A stretch of DNA of 57,817 bases, filler included, from Dugesia japonica (Eukaryota): the NCBI GenBank assembly GCA_001938525.1. It is 4 parts of 4 records of this genome, joined end to end, with 100 filler letters (N's around TTAATTAATTAA, not from the genome) between each part and the next. Parts side by side here need not be neighbours in the genome. Positions count along the whole stretch, not along the records: positions 48,636 to 57,817 come from MQRL01580490.1; 3 more parts are not named here. One strand, given 5' to 3'. Made by a program: the position numbers and the translations under genes. Below the pieces are notes generated by a model. That model did no database searches and had not been told where the DNA came from. It saw only the letters and a list, made by a program, of their open reading frames with translations. Below are positions 51,331 to 57,817 of this stretch, one piece after another. Within the stretch, counting starts at the first letter, position 1; every line of letters begins with the position of its first letter.

Positions 51331-52891
51331 TATNAAGTGCAATACGATTGGGCAGAAATTATTTCCACTGTGCAACATTTGATGAAATCAACTGCCACTA
51401 GCCCCCCCCCCACCCTAAAATATTCATACCAACTCAGAGAACTTCAACAAGCAAATATTAATTTAGATGAAATTTTGCTGATTTTTTTCATGTAATATTA
51501 ATTTTCTCTAATTTCCGCGGTTAAAATTTTGCACATTCNNNNNNNNNNNNNNNNNNNNNNNNNNNNNNNNNNNNNNNNNNNNNNNNNNTCATCGATCCAC
51601 GTGTTTCTATACTTTCCCATTTTGTTTTGTTATATTAATGATAATTTGAATAGATTTATTATTAAGTGCAATACGATTGGGCAGAAATTATTTCCACTGT
51701 GCAACATTTGATGAAATCAACTGCCACTAGCCCCCCCCNNNNNNNNNNNNNNNNNNNNNNNNNNNNNNNNNNNNNNNNNNNNNNNNNNNNNNNNNNNNNN
51801 NNNNNNNNNNNTTTTTTCATGTAATATTAATTTTCTCTAATTTCCGCGGTTAAAATTTTGCACATTCCCGATATAATTGTGAAATTTAAGAAAATATCAA
51901 TAATAGTAATAAATAGTGATAATAAATATTAATATTCAATATCAATAATAATCAATATCAATAATAATCAATTAAAATCGAAAAAATCCATATTAAATTA
52001 TATTAATCCATAATAAAAATCCATAATAATCATTAATAACAATAATATTGATAATCAATAATGATCATAAATATTAATATTTTATATTAATAATAGTCAT
52101 TATCAATAATGGTCAATATTAAAAAATCAATAAAATCCATAAATTATATTAATCAATAAAAATCAATAATATAAATCAATATTAAAAATCGATAATAAAT
52201 CCATAATCAATATTCATAATAATCAATATTAATAATAATCGAGAAAAATAATCAATTAAAATCGAAAAAAATTCCTTAAATTATATTAATCAATAATAAA
52301 AATCAATAATTAAACCAATATTCCTAATTATTATTTATAATTAATAAATTTTTCAAACCAATAATTAAATTTCAGTAATTAAGCAGTCAATATAATTTCC
52401 GAAATAAGTTTATAAAATCAATTAATNNNNNNNNNNNNNNNNNNNNNNNNNNNTTAATTAGAATTATTATTAATTATTTTAATATAAAATTAATTAATTA
52501 ATTAATATTACATGTACATAAACTAACTCTATATCGTACTGATGTGATTTCCTTCAACAAAGCTGCGCACAAACGCAAATCATCTGATAGTCGAGGCCTC
52601 TTCAAATGGTGATCATCAATAAATTCAGCTTTTTTATTTTTGAAAATAGGGGGACTTGGTGTTGGGGACATNNNNNNNNNNNNNNNNNNNNNNNNNNNNN
52701 NNNNNNNNNNNNNNNNNNNNNTCAAACCAATAATTAAATTTCAGTAATTAAGCAGTCAATATAATTTCCGAAATAAGTTTATAAAATCAATTAATGTGAA
52801 ATTGTAATTACAATAAATTAATTAGAATTATTATTAATTATTTTAATATAAAATTAATTAATTAATTAATATTACATGTACATAAACTAAC

Positions 52892-53637
52892 TCTATATCG
52901 TACTGATGTGATTTCCTTCAACAAAGCTGCGCACAAACGCAAATCATCTGATAGTCGAGGCCTCTTCAAATGGTGATCATCAATAAATTCAGCTTTTTTA
53001 TTTTTGAAAATAGGGGGACTTGGTGTTGGGGACATATCGTAACAAGACTCCATTTTTGCTCGTTTGGCACTACTATTTGCTTTGCTGGNNNNNNNNNNNN
53101 NNNNNNGAGATCCAACGGACGATTTATCACTCTTATGATTGGCTATCCGACCCTTCTTTCCTGTTTCTTCATGTTTAACTTTTCTACAAACAACTTCATA
53201 TTCATCAACTGGCATTAATTTCAATTTCTCTCGAGTTAATACTTCAAGAGCTCGAGCCATATTTACAATATCGGTACCCGGAGGATTATAAATATAACAA
53301 TTACAAAATATTTGAAACAAGTCTTGAACACATTCACTAGCTTTACGATAATGTTTTTGTGCTAGGCGAACTTTAACTTTATTAATATCCATTGGCGCTT
53401 TAATAATTTCTGGGTAATCCTAGTTACAACACTCTATTAAATTTAGCATATTATAAATAACCATACTGGTAAATTTAATGTAATAAAATCAACTGCTTTT
53501 GCAAAAGGATATGCATGAGGATATTTCAACATTTGCGGAATAACTTGTTTTTTTATAAACTCTAGTTTATTTGTCATAATCTTTGCAGGTTTTACCTTTT
53601 CAACTGGACCACTGTCTATAGTAAGATTACCTTCCAT
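52892..53637 (-). CDS. BET-family bromodomain protein (BRD2/3/4-like): exon 1 53637-53467, exon 2 53419-52892; BD1 and start of BD2, remainder not visible
   Basis: MTNKLEFIKKQVI..HAYPFAKAVD..LNLP-DYPEIIKAPMD..NCYIYNPPGTDIVNMARALE; LSDDLRLCAALLKEI begins BD2. 47-bp intron 53420-53466. Confidence 0.92.
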
Positions 53638-55508
53638 TGGATAAAAGATATTAAATATTAAATATTCCAAAGAAATGAATATATAATGGAGAGCGAAACC
53701 CAATTATATAAAGCAGACAATATGTTTATTTAAACAAAATAGTAAACAGGATAATATTAAAACGCAATAGATTATTCAAAGAAAATTTTTAAGAATTATT
53801 TCATTAAAATATTTTTAAAATAATTTTCAATAAGTTTTACTATTCAAAAGATTTAAATCAAAAATTATTTTTATCACATTGTTTTTTAGTTTAAACTTTT
53901 TTATAAATTTCAAAATTGAAAAATTTAAATTATTTACAAAATTAACAGAAATTTAAATTTAAGACCAAATGTACCTGAAAAGTATTTCAAATTAGTTTAA
54001 AAGAAAATTGTATCAACTTAAATGTGCTAAAACTATTAACTTTATTCAATTTTTAAGGTTAAAGAATATTATTTATCCAACATTTGTATAATCAAATTTA
54101 AGATAAATAAGATTTTCGTTTCACCCCCAATAATTTTTTTAGTAAAATAAAATGGATTTGGTATCATCATTAAACTACCTTTATATTATAGGCAGTATCA
54201 TTTTTAAAAATTATTATGTGATGGTATGCCGAAACCGACCATTTATTGGATTTAACCTCTAAAAATTTTTGAACTGATGTATCATATTTCATTAAAACTG
54301 TAAAATCATACATAATCTGTACAAATTCAAGGTTAAGTCAAATATTATTAACGTTTTCATAAACATTAAGTTTGTTTTTCTATTTTAATAATACAAAAGT
54401 TTTTGCAAGCAATATATGGTACCATTTTGAAACTATTCAAATGGTAAATCATTCTTTATAGTTGAATTATTTATATATTTTATTTCCAGAGCATTATTTT
54501 ATGCTGATATTAAGGTTCCACTAAGCAGCTCTAGAGTGATATCACATAGTGAAACACTGCGAAGTATTTATTCTTGTATCCCGGTTCTATATCATCAGCA
54601 TTGAGCCGGTGACTCGTAACCTGTTGTTCGAGTGTATGCTCACATTCCTTTGGTTCGAGTTCTTACTTTAAAAATACTCGCTCTGGTTTGACATACAATT
54701 CCGTAAGCCTAATGTTGACTGCTAATATATGGTGTGTAAGTGTACTACTTCTATTACCTTGTTGCAACTGTCATTATGGTAATTATTAAATTTTNNNNNN
54801 NNNNNNNNNNNNNNNNNNNNNNNNNNNNNNNNNNNNNNNNNNNNNNNNNNNNNNNNNNNNNNNNNNNNNNNNNNNNNNNNNNNNNNNNNNNNNNNNNNNN
54901 NNNNNNNNNNNNNNNNNNNNNNNNNNNNNNNNNNNNNNNNNNNNNNNNNNNNNNNNNNNNNNNNNNNNNNNNNNNNNNNNNNNNNNNNNNNNNNNNNNNN
55001 NNNNNNNTATTCATCACCATTAATTATTATCACTACTATTTATTGTTTTACCTTATCATCATTAATTCTCATCATTAACCATTCATTTGTTGTGGATCTA
55101 ATGTTATTTTGATAGTTGCCGTTATTTGATTTTATTATTATGTTCACTAAATTATGATTTACTAAATCAAAAGTTAATTATGGATGATAATCAAATGCTA
55201 ATTATTTTAAAAAGGCTTTACTTTTATTATTACATTATTATTAATACCTCTTAATTAATTTTACTGTCAATTATCAGTATTATAAATCATTATGAATTGA
55301 TTTTAATACAATTATTCATTATTAATATTTATGTTTCAATCAATCACTTTAACTATTATTTAATATTATTAGTAAATTAATATTATTTGAACATTTTATT
55401 CAAAAATTATTATTATTACTCATAGTCAAAATCATTATTATTAAGTAAAAATAATTTATTTTATGAAAATTGTATTCTTAATTGTTACCAAAATTTATCG
55501 ATTATAGT

Positions 55509-55939
55509 CAGAGGTGTAGCTAGTGTGTTTGGCGCCCGGAGAGAAGCTTCAAATTTTGAGCCCCCACTGAAAAATTAAGAGTCATCAAATGGAACTGCTA
55601 CTAAAGTAAATACTAAAGAATAAACTGATGCAGATGAAACATGTGATTAGTCAAACAAGAAGTAATACAAACGAAATACTATATCCAAATAAGATGCATG
55701 TTTCTGGTCATAGGTTTCGGAATCTTTTGTCTATAGACTAGGTTTAGCAATATTAAATCCACACAGTAAGATTGATAGTGCATAACAAAAAGTTGACTGC
55801 AANAGAGTGACGAACTTTTAATCTTGATAGATATCATATTAAAACGATACAAAAAATACACAATACAAATATTTCAAACCCCAATTTGGCACCACATGGT
55901 CTGGCGCCCAAGGACACTTGCCCCCTAGCTACGCCTCTG
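55509..55939. mobile_element. hAT-type MITE with perfect 8-bp TSD
   Basis: TIR cagaggtgtagctag / ctagctacgcctctg; TSD attatagt at 55501-55508 and 55940-55947. Confidence 0.92.
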
Positions 55940-57817
55940 ATTATAGTACAATTTACAATTTAGGAGAACTAAGCAAACAAATGTAAGTGGCATATCAATC
56001 TGGATCAAGCACAGAGCGCGATTGGAATCACTTTTGTAACCCAAATCAATTAATAGATCTATCTCTGATCACACACTAGCGTAGTCTATATTTCTCTCCG
56101 CTTCCTTGACACACCTATACACTATATATCTATCAATTACACATACTATTGGTTAAGCTATGTTTTTCTAGCTTAAATTTCCAAAGTTTACAAAGCTTTG
56201 TTGACTATCATTCTTTTATCCGCTTCCTTTTTCTTAGTGGGAAGTCTTCATTTTCTTCTATTTTCGCTTTCTTGTAAATTTAGTTTCTTTTTATAATAAA
56301 TCATTTTAATTTTCATAATTTATTTTATATAATAAATTAATAGTTTATTTTTATTTTTTTCTCCATTACTTTATTAATAAGATTGCCATTTTTCATTTCT
56401 AAACTGAATTTTAATTTAATTTAGGCTTTTCTTTTCAAAAATAATTCATTTAATTTATTTTTCCCTCTTTATTTATTAATGTAATTCAATTTTCTTTATT
56501 CTTCTTTATAAATTATTTGCTCGAGTTATTATTTGCCTTTTTATTTATTTTCTAAGTATGCTGGTGTCTACTGTCATTTTCTTTTTTCTATGGTTTCTTC
56601 ATTTTCAAGTTGTTTCCTTTTAATTTCAATATTGTACTGGTTATTGCCTATGTTTTAATTCCCTATTCTAGATTTTTGCTTGATTACTTCCTTCTTTAAC
56701 TAATCTTTGATCTCCTATTTTCTGGATTCTTTATTTCTCTCACTGATATCTTTTTCTTTGATTTTGTCTCTACCTATCGCTATTATTATCTTCCTACACA
56801 GAATGATAAATGAAAAAAATACAATTTTAGCCATTTTATTTGAGTTCATCATTGGAAATATGAGCTTATAACTGTGACCAAATCTTTAACAAAGTGCCAA
56901 TGTTAATATTGTATAACCAGGAAAGAGCAATTTTTTATTTACACACTTGTGCTCAAACTTAATCACTTTTGATAAGACGGAAATACACTGCTGAATTGGT
57001 ATAATCCAAACATATCCCAGCTTTACATTTGGCGCACAAAATTAGACATTTAGAAGTGAAAATAGTTTTTAGAAAATAGAAGGATTATATCAATACAAAC
57101 GCTTTGTCACAATGGCCTACTCATAAACAATGTACATGGTAACATTCTGATCCAAAAAAGAAACGCTATACCAAAGTATATAATGACGGTCTAATCAATA
57201 CTGTAAAAAATAATTTAGAAATAACTCTTTTCGATGATGCTGAAAAAGTGTTATTTAGAGTAATACAAAAGCTCGTTCTAGACGATAATGTCATTTATGT
57301 CAATCGCTACACCGAACAGTTGAAGCACATTCATGGTACACTGAGGATCCAATATCCCACATTGGTTAATAATGGAAGAGCACATTTTGAGTACAACAAT
57401 GCTCCAAACTGTTGGGTATTCGAACTCAACAAAAGATTTTATGGTTCGTTATTAATAAATAAGTTATTCACAATTTGGGTGTTTAATATATGTGTGTATG
57501 TAATACAATATTATANNNNNNNNNNNNNNNNNNNNNNNNNNNNNNNNNNNNNNNNNNNNNNNNNNNCTATATAAATAAACAAAATAAAACACCTTTTAAA
57601 TAATAATATTTTGGATGTATAAAACAATATTCGTACAGTATTCTTTACAGACTTATGACGCTAATATTAATTATGTGAACGACTGCCGCCGTTAGAGGTT
57701 GGAGTGTTCAATAATTTGAAGTCCGATTTACATTAAACAAATTCAGTATTTATACTAAATTGTTCTATCACACATACACATACTACTTACATACAACTCA
57801 ATAAAAATCAATTTTTT

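Noticed and set aside
51589-51870. Tandem duplicate of about 51260-51538
   Set aside because: Identical sequence on both sides of an N gap; assembly overlap artefact.
51900-52330. aatcaataat-rich region
   Set aside because: Low-complexity degenerate repeat with no stable unit or coding signal.
52350-52671. Apparent second copy of the BET exon end (ORF 52498..52725)
   Set aside because: Essentially identical to 52723-53035 and abuts an N gap; most likely an unmerged contig overlap.
56850-57480. Coding-like stretch including ORF 57248..57574
   Set aside because: Multiple stops and no recognisable motif; cannot be assigned.

Overview
AT-rich eukaryotic (animal) draft-genome sequence with very short GT-AG introns (46-48 bp). 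That intron size fits a planarian-type flatworm, but this is inference only. The window is four unrelated scaffolds joined by 100-bp N44-TTAATTAATTAA-N44 linkers (28742-28841, 37611-37710, 48536-48635), so adjacency across them means nothing. Scaffold 1 (1-28741) holds two tandem copies of a minus-strand gene whose exons can be spliced in frame into signal peptide - Ig-like x3 - glycosylated coiled coil - MATH/TRAF domain. The introns and spacer carry a Gypsy fragment, an inverted Penelope element, hammerhead-bearing short insertions, a mariner relic and two decayed Polinton/Maverick elements. The larger Polinton (13984-24933) has TIRs, pPolB, a packaging ATPase and a decayed TATA-binding-protein-like gene. 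Scaffold 2 has a decayed multi-Ig region, two Ras exons, a minisatellite and triple-nested DNA transposons. Scaffold 3 is mostly a Gypsy element with two protease domains around a CCHC array and extra 3' coiled-coil ORFs, plus tRNA-Gly(GCC). Scaffold 4 has the 5' exons of a BET bromodomain gene, a DDX41-like fragment and hAT remnants. All calls come from reading motifs by eye; no searches were run and decayed-element boundaries are approximate.
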